DNA of 64,000 bases, taken from the NCBI GenBank assembly GCA_050251675.1, contig JBFWMJ010000003.1, positions 5,128 to 69,127 on the forward strand, in the 5' to 3' direction. The notes beneath the pieces are model-generated. The model was not told the origin of the DNA and made no database searches. It was given only the letters and a program-made list of their open reading frames with translations. The translations under genes and the position numbers were made by a program. Below, in pieces: positions 29,166 to 37,977 of this stretch; positions within the stretch are counted from its first letter, which is position 1; the number at the start of each line of letters is the position of its first letter. This DNA is from Sphingobium sp. GTDB lineage: Bacteria; Pseudomonadota; Alphaproteobacteria; Sphingomonadales; Sphingomonadaceae.

Positions 29166-29714
29166 ATGTTCAGCCTGGCCCGCTCTCTCGTCCCGCTTGT
29201 CCTGCTTGCCGCCTGCACCCAGACCGGCGGCGCGGGCGAAACGGCCGGAAATACGGTCAACGGCGCCCGCGCCGATGCGGCGCCCGCGCTGCTGCCGCTC
29301 ACTATCCGCAGCGCGGCGGGGCAGCACCGATTCGATGTCGAGGTGGCGGCAACCCCGCAGCAGCAGCAGCAGGGACTGATGTTCCGCAAGACGCTCGCGC
29401 CGGACCGGGGCATGCTGTTCCCGATGGAAACGCCGCGCATCGCCAGTTTCTGGATGAAGAACACGCTGATCCCGCTCGACATACTCTTCGTACGGACGGA
29501 CGGCACGATCGCCTTCATCGCCGCCGATACCGTGCCCTATTCGCGTGAGCCGGTGTCGGCCGGCGTTCCCGTCGGCGCCGTGCTGGAAATCGCCGGCGGT
29601 CGCGCGGCCGCGCTGGGCATACAGGAAGGCGACCATGTCCAGTGGGGCGGCTGCGCCATCGGGGCGCCGCCGGTCGCGCAGCCGGCCATTGCCGAATTCT
29701 GCCCGTCTCGCTGA
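29166..29714 (+). CDS. DUF192 domain lipoprotein
   Basis: Lipobox LLAAC, plus GLMFRKTLAPDRGMLFPMETPRIASFWMKNTLIPLDILFV, which is typical of DUF192. Confidence 0.75.
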   Translation: MFSLARSLVPLVLLAACTQTGGAGETAGNTVNGARADAAPALLPLTIRSAAGQHRFDVEVAATPQQQQQGLMFRKTLAPDRGMLFPMETPRIASFWMKNTLIPLDILFVRTDGTIAFIAADTVPYSREPVSAGVPVGAVLEIAGGRAAALGIQEGDHVQWGGCAIGAPPVAQPAIAEFCPSR

Positions 29715-29771
29715 CCCGCCGCCGCAATCCGCCTTGCCAATGCCCCGCCCAAGGCGCTAAGCGACTGGCGC

Positions 29772-30170
29772 ATGTCTATCCTCGGCAAGATATTCACCTG
29801 GTGGAACGGCGCCACCATCGGCACGGCCCTCTACAGCGCCCGCAAGGGCAGCAAGGTAGGCGAGGACCATCAGGGCAATGTTTATTTCGAAGGGGGCAAG
29901 GGCCTTGACGGCCGCCCGCGCCGCTGGGTGATCTATAATGGCGCCAACGACGCGAGCCGCGTGCCCGCGGAATGGCATGGCTGGCTTCACCATTCGATCG
30001 AAGGCGCGCCGGAAAGCTTCCTGCCGCCGCCGCGCATCTGGGAAAAGGATTTCACGCCCAATCCGACCGGCACCGCCCATGCCTATCGCCCGTCCGGCGC
30101 CCTGGAAAAGGGCGGACAGCGCCAGAAGGCGACCGGCGATTATGAGGCATGGAGCCCCGGCGCGCCATGA
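29772..30170 (+). CDS. NADH:ubiquinone oxidoreductase subunit NDUFA12-like protein
   Basis: MSILGKIFTWWNGATIGTALYSARKG...RWVIYNG...VPAEWHGWLHH is the NDUFA12 family signature. Confidence 0.8.
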   Translation: MSILGKIFTWWNGATIGTALYSARKGSKVGEDHQGNVYFEGGKGLDGRPRRWVIYNGANDASRVPAEWHGWLHHSIEGAPESFLPPPRIWEKDFTPNPTGTAHAYRPSGALEKGGQRQKATGDYEAWSPGAP

Positions 30171-30847
30171 CGCCGCGGCCGGCGGACGCAGTTCCGCCGT
30201 TTCCGGCACGGTCCGTCCTGCGCGCGTCGCTTTATCTGATCCCATTGATGCTGGCGGCGTGCGGGGGCGAGGATATGCCTGCTGCGAATCGCGCCGATCC
30301 GGTGGCCGTTCAGGGCAAACCGGCAAATCAGGCCGGCACCCAGCAGCCGGTCGGCACGCCAATGGCGGAGCGGGTGGCGGTGCTGGGCCTGCTCAACAAG
30401 CGCAACGGCCTGACTCGCGACCTGACGATGAAGCCGGGCGAAGCGCTGCGGGCGGGTGACGCCATCGTCCGGCTACAGGCGTGCGAAACCACCGCACCCT
30501 GGGAAAATGTGCAGGAAACCGGCGCCTTCGTTCAGTTGGACGTCCGCAGCACGGCGGACGGCAAATGGCGGCGCAATTTTTCCGGCTGGCTGTTCCGGGA
30601 ACGGCCCGACCGCAATGTGGTGCAGCATCCGATCTACGACGTCTGGGTCAAAAGCTGCACGATGGAATGGCCCGAAACCGGCCCCGAAACCGTGAAGGTG
30701 GGGGCGAAGGGCGACGCCGCCCCGGCCCCCGCCCCTACCGCCGCCAGCGGTGCGAACGCCCGGTCGGACGCCGCGCCGGCCCCTGCGGACACCATGTCGG
30801 ACCCGGCCCCGAACGCCACCCCGTCCACCGCCGCGCCCAGCAACTGA
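30167..30847 (+). CDS. DUF2155 domain lipoprotein with Ala/Pro-rich C-terminal tail
   Basis: Lipobox MLAAC. VAVLGLLNKRNGLTRDLTMKPGEAL...LQACETTAPWE...AFVQLDV...PIYDVWVKSC is typical of DUF2155. ATGA-coupled to the NDUFA12-like gene. Confidence 0.7.
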   Translation: MTPRPADAVPPFPARSVLRASLYLIPLMLAACGGEDMPAANRADPVAVQGKPANQAGTQQPVGTPMAERVAVLGLLNKRNGLTRDLTMKPGEALRAGDAIVRLQACETTAPWENVQETGAFVQLDVRSTADGKWRRNFSGWLFRERPDRNVVQHPIYDVWVKSCTMEWPETGPETVKVGAKGDAAPAPAPTAASGANARSDAAPAPADTMSDPAPNATPSTAAPSN

Positions 30848-31392
30848 AGATAATCGCGCTGGCGGATTTCGACCGCGCCCATGGCGCGCAAATGATCGGT
30901 CATGAACTGGCAGTCGAGCAGGGTGAAACCGCCGGCCCGCATCCGCGCCACCAGCCAGGCCAGCGCCACTTTCGACGCGTCGGCGCGGCGCGATACCATG
31001 CTTTCGCCGAAAAACGCGCGGCCCAGCGCCACGCCATACAGGCCGCCGACCAGTTCGTCGCCGTCCCAGCATTCGACCGAATGGGCAAAGCCCAGCGCAT
31101 GCAGATGGCGATAGGCCTGTTCGATCGCTCCGTTGATCCAAGTGGTGGGGCGGTCCGGTGCCGCTTGCGCGCACAGCGCTACGATTCCGACAAAATCGCG
31201 ATCGGCGGTGACCCGGAACCGCTCCCGCCGGATGGTCTTCGCCAGCGACCGGGACAAATGAAACCCGTCAAGCGGCAGGATCGCCCGCCGCCGGGGCTCC
31301 ACCCAGTAAACGTCCTGCGCCTGCCGGTCGTCCGACATGGGGAAAACGCCGATGGCATAGGCCTGCAACAGCAACAGCGGGTCGATCATCAT
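30634..31392 (-). CDS. aat: leucyl/phenylalanyl-tRNA--protein transferase
   Basis: AYAIGVFPMSDD...VYWVEPRRRAILPLDGFHLSRSLAKTIRR...ECWDGDELVGGLYGVALGRAFFGESMVS. The C-terminal ~65 aa carry an Ala/Gly-rich insert. Confidence 0.85.
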   Translation of the reverse strand: MMIDPLLLLQAYAIGVFPMSDDRQAQDVYWVEPRRRAILPLDGFHLSRSLAKTIRRERFRVTADRDFVGIVALCAQAAPDRPTTWINGAIEQAYRHLHALGFAHSVECWDGDELVGGLYGVALGRAFFGESMVSRRADASKVALAWLVARMRAGGFTLLDCQFMTDHLRAMGAVEIRQRDYLQLLGAAVDGVAFGAGSDMVSAGAGAASDRAFAPLAAVGAGAGAASPFAPTFTVSGPVSGHSIVQLLTQTS

Positions 31393-31530
31393 CCAGCGCA
31401 GGCTAAACCATTCCGGCGTCGGCTGGAATAACCCGGAGCACCGCTCATTATGGCCCGTATATCAGGGCCCGTCGACCGCGGAACCGGCCCGGGACTTGGC
31501 GAAACAAGCCCCCCGTGCGACAAGGACGCC

Positions 31531-32259
31531 ATGATCGAAGTCGTCCGCATCCCCGCCCTGTCCGACAATTATATCTGGCTCGTGCATGAACCTGCCAGCG
31601 GCGAAACCGCCGTCGTCGACCCGGCCGAGGCCGCGCCCGTGCTGGAGGAAGCGGCCCGGCGCAACTGGAAGATCACGCAGATCTGGAACACCCACTGGCA
31701 CCCCGATCATGTCGGCGGCAATGCGGATATCAAGGCGGCCACCGGCTGCCTCATCACCGGACCGCGCGCCGAAAAGGACCGGATCGACACGCTCGACACC
31801 ACGGTGCAGGAGGGCGACGGCGTGTCGCTGGGTGGCATATCCGGCGATGTGATCGACGTGCCGGCCCATACCAGCGGCCACATCGCCTTCCACCTGCCGC
31901 AGGAGAAGGCGGTGTTCGTCGGCGACACGCTCTTCGCGATGGGCTGCGGCCGTCTGTTCGAAGGGACGGCCGAACAGATGTTCGACAATATGCGCAAGCT
32001 GTCGGCGCTTCCCGACGAAACATCGGTCTATTGCGCGCATGAATATACCCAGTCCAACGGGCGCTATGCGCTGGTGGCCGAACCCGACAATGACGCGATC
32101 GCCGCCCGGATGGAAAAGGTCGATGCCATGCGCGCGCGCGGCGAACCCACCGTTCCGACGACCATCGGGCTGGAACGCGCGACCAACCCGTTCATGCGCG
32201 CGCGCGACGCCGGCGAACTGGCGGAACGCCGCCACGCGAAGGATCATTTCAAGGGCTGA
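31531..32259 (+). CDS. gloB: hydroxyacylglutathione hydrolase (glyoxalase II)
   Basis: MIEVVRIPALSDNYIWLVHE... and THWHPDHVGGN (HxHxDH metallo-beta-lactamase motif). The start was trimmed from the ORF-track 31450. Confidence 0.85.
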   Translation: MIEVVRIPALSDNYIWLVHEPASGETAVVDPAEAAPVLEEAARRNWKITQIWNTHWHPDHVGGNADIKAATGCLITGPRAEKDRIDTLDTTVQEGDGVSLGGISGDVIDVPAHTSGHIAFHLPQEKAVFVGDTLFAMGCGRLFEGTAEQMFDNMRKLSALPDETSVYCAHEYTQSNGRYALVAEPDNDAIAARMEKVDAMRARGEPTVPTTIGLERATNPFMRARDAGELAERRHAKDHFKG

Positions 32260-32591
32260 CTGACCGCTCCCCCGCTATGGACGGCGCAAACGCGACCACC
32301 CCTCCCCAGCCGTCATGGTTGAACCATGGGAGCGGCCGGCTCCGGCAAGGGCGAGCGGACGATAGCGGCCATATCGCCGGGGCGGCGACCCGATCCACCC
32401 GAACCCGCCGCCCATGTCGATCCCGCGATAGCAGCCACGGGCAAGCACAGATGGGGAAGCAAGCGGCCATCGCCGGGATGCCGCCGTCCCGGTGCCGTGG
32501 CCGAAAAAATGGCGCACCCGGTTGCCCGATGCGCGCCACCCTTGTTTCGTTCAGCCATAACACGCCCGGAAACGCGTGACGGCAACGATCG

Positions 32592-34976
32592 TTACCACCT
32601 GACGCCCACGCTGGCACCAAATGTACGCGGCGGCCCCAGGTTCAGCGTCTGCCGGGCGCCCGGGGACTGGCCATTATTGGTCGCGAACACGACATAATCC
32701 TTGTTGCTGATATTCTTGATGAAAAGATTGGCATAGATTTGCTGGTTGGGATGTTCCCAGCGGAGCGAAGCATCGAACAATTCATAGGCGCCTTGCGAAA
32801 GGACGCTTTCGTTGAAGGCCGTGAAATACACCTTGCCGATCATCGACATCTGACCGCGCAGGGTGAAATCACCGATATTGCTATTCACGGTATATTCCGC
32901 ACCCGCACTGATCGTATATTCGGGCGCTTTCGTCAGCCGGTTGCCGGACAGATCCTGAATGACGCCATCCAGAGCGTTCACGGCCGGATCGGTCGTTCCG
33001 CACAGGGCCGGCGCGGTGGCCACGCAACTGATCCCGAGCAACGAGGTATTGGCGCTGGAAAACTCGTCATATCTGGACCGCAACAGCCCCATCTGGAGAT
33101 CGAGCTTCAGCCGGTCCGTCGGCAGGGCTACGATCGCAGCCTCAAGACCGTATAATGTCGCTTTGCCGGCGCTTTCCGTAATCACGCCATTGCCGGCGTC
33201 ATTCAGGCGCGAGACCTGAAGATTCTTATATTTATAGTAGAAAGCGGACAGATCGATCTGCAGCCGGCGGTCCAGCAAGGTCGTCTTGATGCCGCCTTCG
33301 ATGTCAGTCAGTTCCTCCGGCTTGTAGGGGGCGGCGTCCACGCCGCTGCCGAAATTAAAGCCGCCGCTGCGAAATCCCTGCGAAAAGGTCAGATAGGCCA
33401 GCGTGTCGTTGTTCGGTTTAAAACGCAACGTGACCTTGGGTTTGATCGAATCCTGCGTGACTTCACGCGGGCCTATCATAAGGTTGATATCGCACGAACC
33501 GCCCGTATCCCACGCCACCGACGCCGGATCATAGGGCGTGCACAGCGAATAGCCGAAGGTTTCGAACGGCTTTTTCTTGCGTTCCCAATTATAGCGTATG
33601 CCGGCATCGATGCCGATCGTGTCGGTCAGTTCATAGCTGAGCTGGCCGAACAGGGCGCGAGCATCGGTTTCCAGCCGCAATGACGTGCCATAGCCCTGCG
33701 ACAGGAAGCCCGAGGCCGGCGGGAAGGCAAAGGCCAGATTGTTGATGGCGGACAGCGCGACGACATTCTGCTTCTCATGATAGAGGAAGCCGCCGACGAC
33801 ATAGCTGAAATTGCCGATCCGGCCGCTGGCGCGCAACTCCTCGCTGATCTGCTTGCCCGTTTCGGAATCGCTATATTGGAAGAAGCTGAGCTGTGTGCCG
33901 CCCTGATTCCAGGTGTGCGAATAATCCGTGTTCCGATACGCCGTTATGGACGTCAGCGAGAAAGCCGGCGACACATCCCAGTTGATCGTCCCGGTGAAGG
34001 AATAATCCTCCTTGCGCGTCCCCTGCGGGAACTGGGTATAGCTGTTGCGGCGCGGATTGGGCGCCAGGACGCCACCGAACAGCGTCTCGACCGCCGGCGC
34101 GCCGGACGGTCCGGCACCAGCGATCATGAAGATACCGGAATGATCCTTCTGGTAAAAATATTCTCCCGCCAGAAGAACGCTCAGATCTTCCGACAAATCG
34201 AATTTCAGCTTACCACGGACCGCGCGGGTCTTGAGGTCATCCAGGTCGGTCTTGAAACCCTGGGTCACCGTCGCGGGGACGCCGGAGCCGGCGCCGCCCG
34301 GCGCGCCATTGGGGATGGACGGCAGCCCGGCCGGAAATTGCTGCCAGCCATAACCGCCACGATCCTGGGTCTGAAACGCGATGCGCGCCGACACGCCGGG
34401 TGCGATCGGGCCGCCGACGCCGGCTTCGGTCGTGATCAGTTCGTAATTGCCCACCGTCACCTGGCCGAAGCCGGTAAAATTGTCGGTCGGATCACGGGTG
34501 ATGATGTTGATCGCGCCCGCCGTCGAATTCCGGCCATACAGCGTCCCCTGCGGACCACGCACGACTTCCAGGCGCTCAACGTCGTAGAATGCGTTCAGCG
34601 TGGACTGCGGACGGCTGACATAAGCGCCGTCGACATGGACGGCGACATTGCCTTCCGCCCCCGGCTGGGTCGAACCGATACCGATGCCGCGAATGGTGAT
34701 GTGGGCGGTGCCCTGCGCGGAACTGATATTCACGTTCGGCGTGATGTTGGTCAGGTCCTGAAGGCTGGTGATATTCCTGGACAACAGCGCTTCGCCGCTC
34801 GTCGCCGTGATCGCCAGCGGCGTATCGCGAACCGATTCGGCGCGTTTTTGAGCCGTCACGACAATCTCTTCCAGACCATTGGATCTGGAAGAGTCCTCCT
34901 GCGCCAGTGATGGCGTTACGAATGCCGTGAGTGCGGTCGCCTGGACGAGCGCGCGCAAAGTTCGTTGTTGCATCAT
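32592..34976 (-). CDS. TonB-dependent outer-membrane receptor, substrate unknown
   Basis: Signal peptide MMQQRTLRALVQATALTAFVTPSLAQ, a TonB-box/plug region (LEEIVVTAQKRAESVRDTPLAITA...VVRGPQGTLYGRNSTAGAINI) and a barrel ending ...FGASVGVRW. GGAGG ribosome-binding site before ATGATG at 34976. Visibly lower GC than its neighbours. Confidence 0.85.
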   Translation of the reverse strand: MMQQRTLRALVQATALTAFVTPSLAQEDSSRSNGLEEIVVTAQKRAESVRDTPLAITATSGEALLSRNITSLQDLTNITPNVNISSAQGTAHITIRGIGIGSTQPGAEGNVAVHVDGAYVSRPQSTLNAFYDVERLEVVRGPQGTLYGRNSTAGAINIITRDPTDNFTGFGQVTVGNYELITTEAGVGGPIAPGVSARIAFQTQDRGGYGWQQFPAGLPSIPNGAPGGAGSGVPATVTQGFKTDLDDLKTRAVRGKLKFDLSEDLSVLLAGEYFYQKDHSGIFMIAGAGPSGAPAVETLFGGVLAPNPRRNSYTQFPQGTRKEDYSFTGTINWDVSPAFSLTSITAYRNTDYSHTWNQGGTQLSFFQYSDSETGKQISEELRASGRIGNFSYVVGGFLYHEKQNVVALSAINNLAFAFPPASGFLSQGYGTSLRLETDARALFGQLSYELTDTIGIDAGIRYNWERKKKPFETFGYSLCTPYDPASVAWDTGGSCDINLMIGPREVTQDSIKPKVTLRFKPNNDTLAYLTFSQGFRSGGFNFGSGVDAAPYKPEELTDIEGGIKTTLLDRRLQIDLSAFYYKYKNLQVSRLNDAGNGVITESAGKATLYGLEAAIVALPTDRLKLDLQMGLLRSRYDEFSSANTSLLGISCVATAPALCGTTDPAVNALDGVIQDLSGNRLTKAPEYTISAGAEYTVNSNIGDFTLRGQMSMIGKVYFTAFNESVLSQGAYELFDASLRWEHPNQQIYANLFIKNISNKDYVVFATNNGQSPGARQTLNLGPPRTFGASVGVRW

Positions 34977-35001
34977 ATCCTCCCCGTTTTTTCCTTCATG
35001 G

Positions 35002-35030
35002 CTTGAACGCCATCGGATTTCTTGAACGCC
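35002..35030. repeat. 10-nt direct repeat CTTGAACGCC x2 (19-bp period) in the receptor 5' leader
   Basis: The copies are at 35002-35011 and 35021-35030, which is 26-54 nt upstream of the receptor ATG. Read directly from the sequence. Confidence 0.45.
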
Positions 35031-35571
35031 GAAGCCGGCTACAGACCATAAATATACCGCAATATAACGTTCTGCAAGACTATGGGATCGATAACCCGTT
35101 GACGGGATCACAGTCATCTTCCGGCCTCGGCCGTGATCTGTCACGATAAGGCGATAGGTCGAAGGCCGGCATTTCCCGGACAGGCGGGTCAAGCCACGCC
35201 GCAAGGATGCGACGCTCCAGGCCGGAGTTCGGAATATCCATCGTGACAGAACAGGCAGCTGTGCTCGCCGACTTGCTGCATTCTGACAATTGACGACCTT
35301 CGGAAAGCTCGCCTCGCAGGACAAGGGTGGACAGCAGGATTATCGGCTCGAACCGCGCGACGATGGCCGAGACGGAGTTCAAGAATGCATGGGACCACAT
35401 TGGCAGGGCGCCGACCTGACGCTGCCAGCACCCTGTGCTGCCGGGGGTGGGGTGCCACTATGAGCGCTTCGATTCACGCCCGCCCGCTTGCACGGCCATT
35501 TTCCAGGCGCAGGCCAGTGTACGGCGGGCCACCTGGCTGACGCCGTTAAATGGCTGTATTCGTTTTAATTT

Positions 35572-35663
35572 TGGCGGAGACGCCGGGATTCGAACCCGGG
35601 GTGCCCCATTCAGGGCACGACGGTTTAGCAAACCGCTGGTTTCAGCCACTCACCCACGTCTCC
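35572..35663 (-). tRNA. tRNA-Ser (anticodon GCU)
   Basis: The reverse complement GGAGACGTGGGTGAGTGGCTGAAACCAGCGGTTTGCTAAACCGTCGTGCCCTGAATGGGGCACCCCGGGTTCGAATCCCGGCGTCTCCGCCA has a 7-bp acceptor stem, anticodon loop TTGCTAA, a long variable arm and an encoded CCA. Confidence 0.9.
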
Positions 35664-35932
35664 CAACATGGCCTGAACACCGGTCTTCACAGACAGGTTG
35701 CGGCTAGGCGAGAAGCGCTATAGCGACGGGCTTTGCGCATGGCAACGCTCATCTGGCGGGAAAGACGCAGAGTGTGGCCGACCCTTTCGATTCAGCCTGG
35801 CGCGGAATCGACTCGGGTCAGCGTTCATTCATTGTCGTTCCAGCAAGGAAACCGATATTCACGGGCTTTGCCATGGGCATGAGCGTCGACGCGGGCATCG
35901 GATCGTCGGAACAGATCTTGGGGAGTAAGGGC

Positions 35933-36733
35933 ATGATCGGGACATTGGCGCGGGCATCGGCCCGTCGCACGGGGGCAGTGGCCTTTCTTGCCGCACTTGC
36001 AGGATTGGCGCTTGCGCCGGTATCGGTCGGCGCACAGGTGCGTACGGTCGACCCCAACAGCGCGATCGACGCCGATCTCGCGCCGCAGCAGCCGCAGGGC
36101 GGATTGCCGACCGATCCCGGTGTGGACCCCAGCATCCGATCCGACAGCAGCATCTATGACGCACCTGCCGACAACAGCGTGACAGCGGGCACCACGGCGA
36201 CGGGGGATCCGGTCACCGCCGGTTCGCCGCCGGCCGCGCCTGACGCGAGCGCCGCCTATCAGGAAGACGACCTGATCGGCGCGGCGGAAGGGGTGTTCGG
36301 CAAGGGCGCCGAAGGCCTTGCCGGCCTGATCGAGAAAATCCTCAAGGACCAGGGCCGGCCCAATGCCTATATTGCCGGACGCGAAGCGTCGGGCGCACTG
36401 GTGATCGGACTGCGCTACGGCTCCGGGACACTCAATCACAAGGTGGAGGGGACGAGACAGGTTTACTGGACCGGCCCGTCGATCGGCTTCGACGTGGGCG
36501 GCAATGCGTCGAACACCTTTGTCCTCGTCTATAATCTCTACGATACGCAGGACCTGTATCATCGCTTTCCCGCGGCGGAGGGCACCGCCTATTTGGTCGG
36601 CGGCTTCACCGCCACCTATTTGCGGTGGGGCAGCGTGGTGCTGATCCCCATCCGGCTGGGCGTGGGCTATCGGCTGGGCGTCAACGCAGGGTATATGAAG
36701 TTCACCGAGAAGCGGAACTGGATCCCATTCTGA
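35933..36733 (+). CDS. DUF1134 (EipA-like) periplasmic protein
   Basis: Signal peptide MIGTLARASARRTGAVAFLAALAGLALAPVSVGAQ, a Pro/Asp-rich linker, then AYIAGREASGALVIGLRYGSGTL...YWTGPSIGFDVGGN...YLVGGFTATY, which is typical of DUF1134. Confidence 0.7.
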   Translation: MIGTLARASARRTGAVAFLAALAGLALAPVSVGAQVRTVDPNSAIDADLAPQQPQGGLPTDPGVDPSIRSDSSIYDAPADNSVTAGTTATGDPVTAGSPPAAPDASAAYQEDDLIGAAEGVFGKGAEGLAGLIEKILKDQGRPNAYIAGREASGALVIGLRYGSGTLNHKVEGTRQVYWTGPSIGFDVGGNASNTFVLVYNLYDTQDLYHRFPAAEGTAYLVGGFTATYLRWGSVVLIPIRLGVGYRLGVNAGYMKFTEKRNWIPF

Positions 36734-36788
36734 CGGCGTGGGCGGCCTGTCCCGGCCGCTTCCCGCCTGACCACAGCGCCTCCTCCGA

Positions 36789-37856
36789 TTACAGCGACAA
36801 GGCTAGTTGAGCGGGCTGGTCCACCGCCTCGTCCCATTCCAGATTATGCACGCCCAGCCCCAGCAGCCGGGCGCCCATGCGCAGCGGCAGTTGCGCGCGC
36901 AGCAGCGCCTTGCCCGTCTCGGCCAGCAGGATCGGCGAACGAACCGGCGCGGCAAAGCTTTTCGACCGCGTGATGATGCGGAAATCGGCGAATTTAACCT
37001 TCAGCACCACCGACCGGCCAAAGGCCCGGCTGTTTTCGATCCGCCGCCACAGGCTGTCGCCGATCCGGCCGATCTCCGTCATGAGGGCATGTTCGTCGGT
37101 CAGGTCGTCGAAAAACGTGTCCTCCACGCTGATCGACTTGCGGACCTGGCTTTCCTGGACCGGCCGGTCGTCCACCCCGCGCGCCGCGCGATAATAATAG
37201 GCCGCGGCGCTGCCGAAATGCGCCTGTAAAAACGGCAGATCGCGCGCCCGCAGGTCCGCGCCGGTTTCGATGCCCAGCGCCTGCATGCGCGTCGCCGTGA
37301 CCGGGCCGATGCCGTGGATACGCCGCACCGGCATGCCGGCGATGAACGCGGCACCCTCCTCGGGGCGGATGACGCACAGGCCGTCGGGTTTGTTCTGATC
37401 GGACGCCAGCTTGGCGATCAGCTTGTTGTATGACACGCCGGCCGACGCCGTCAGCCCGGTTTCGGCGCGGATCATGGCGCGTATCTCTTCAGCGATGCGC
37501 GTGGCCGAAGCAATCCCCGCCTTGTTCACCGTGACGTCCAGATAGGCTTCGTCGAGCGACAGCGGCTGAACGATGTCGGTGAAACGGGCGAATATGGCGC
37601 GGACCTGCGCCGATATGGCGCGATAGGTATCGAACCGGGGCGGCACGAACAGCAGGTCGGGGCACAGCCGCCGCGCCCGGGCGCCGGGCATGGCGGAACG
37701 CACACCGAATTTGCGCGCCTCATAACTGGCGGCGGCGACCACGCCGCGCGGCCCGCCGCCGCCCACCGCGATCGGGCGCCCGCGCAACGCGGGGTCGTCG
37801 CGCTGTTCGACCGACGCATAAAAGGCATCCATGTCGACATGGACGATCTTGCGCAT
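36789..37856 (-). CDS. dinB: DNA polymerase IV
   Basis: MRKIVHVDMDAFYASVEQRDDPALRGRPIAVGG...SLDEAYLDV are Y-family polymerase motifs. An alternative start at 37889 is possible. Confidence 0.85.
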   Translation of the reverse strand: MRKIVHVDMDAFYASVEQRDDPALRGRPIAVGGGGPRGVVAAASYEARKFGVRSAMPGARARRLCPDLLFVPPRFDTYRAISAQVRAIFARFTDIVQPLSLDEAYLDVTVNKAGIASATRIAEEIRAMIRAETGLTASAGVSYNKLIAKLASDQNKPDGLCVIRPEEGAAFIAGMPVRRIHGIGPVTATRMQALGIETGADLRARDLPFLQAHFGSAAAYYYRAARGVDDRPVQESQVRKSISVEDTFFDDLTDEHALMTEIGRIGDSLWRRIENSRAFGRSVVLKVKFADFRIITRSKSFAAPVRSPILLAETGKALLRAQLPLRMGARLLGLGVHNLEWDEAVDQPAQLALSL

Positions 37857-37913
37857 GGTCGAAGGAAGGGGGGAGGGAGCGGACGCCATGGCCGCCGACC
37901 ATGCCACAGGTTG

Positions 37914-37928
37914 GAACGAAAGGGCAAC
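37914..37928 (-). promoter_or_regulatory. degenerate LexA-box-like element upstream of dinB
   Basis: The plus strand reads GAAC-GAAAGGG-CAAC, one mismatch from GAAC-N7-GAAC. It lies 25-58 bp upstream of the candidate dinB starts. Confidence 0.35.
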
Positions 37929-37977
37929 ATCGCCACCGCCCCGTCGCAGCCATCGGGCCAGCGCCTTGCCTGCTCCG

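Noticed and set aside
34977-35571. Looked for a cobalamin, TPP or other known riboswitch, or a small regulator gene (ORFs 35080-35400 and 35189-35458), in the long leader of the orphan TonB-dependent receptor.
   Set aside because: No B12-box (AGCCAGGAGACCTGCC-like) or other signature I can recognise is present. The ORFs have no family resemblance or convincing ribosome-binding site. The region is left as unexplained leader and reported as a finding rather than a feature.
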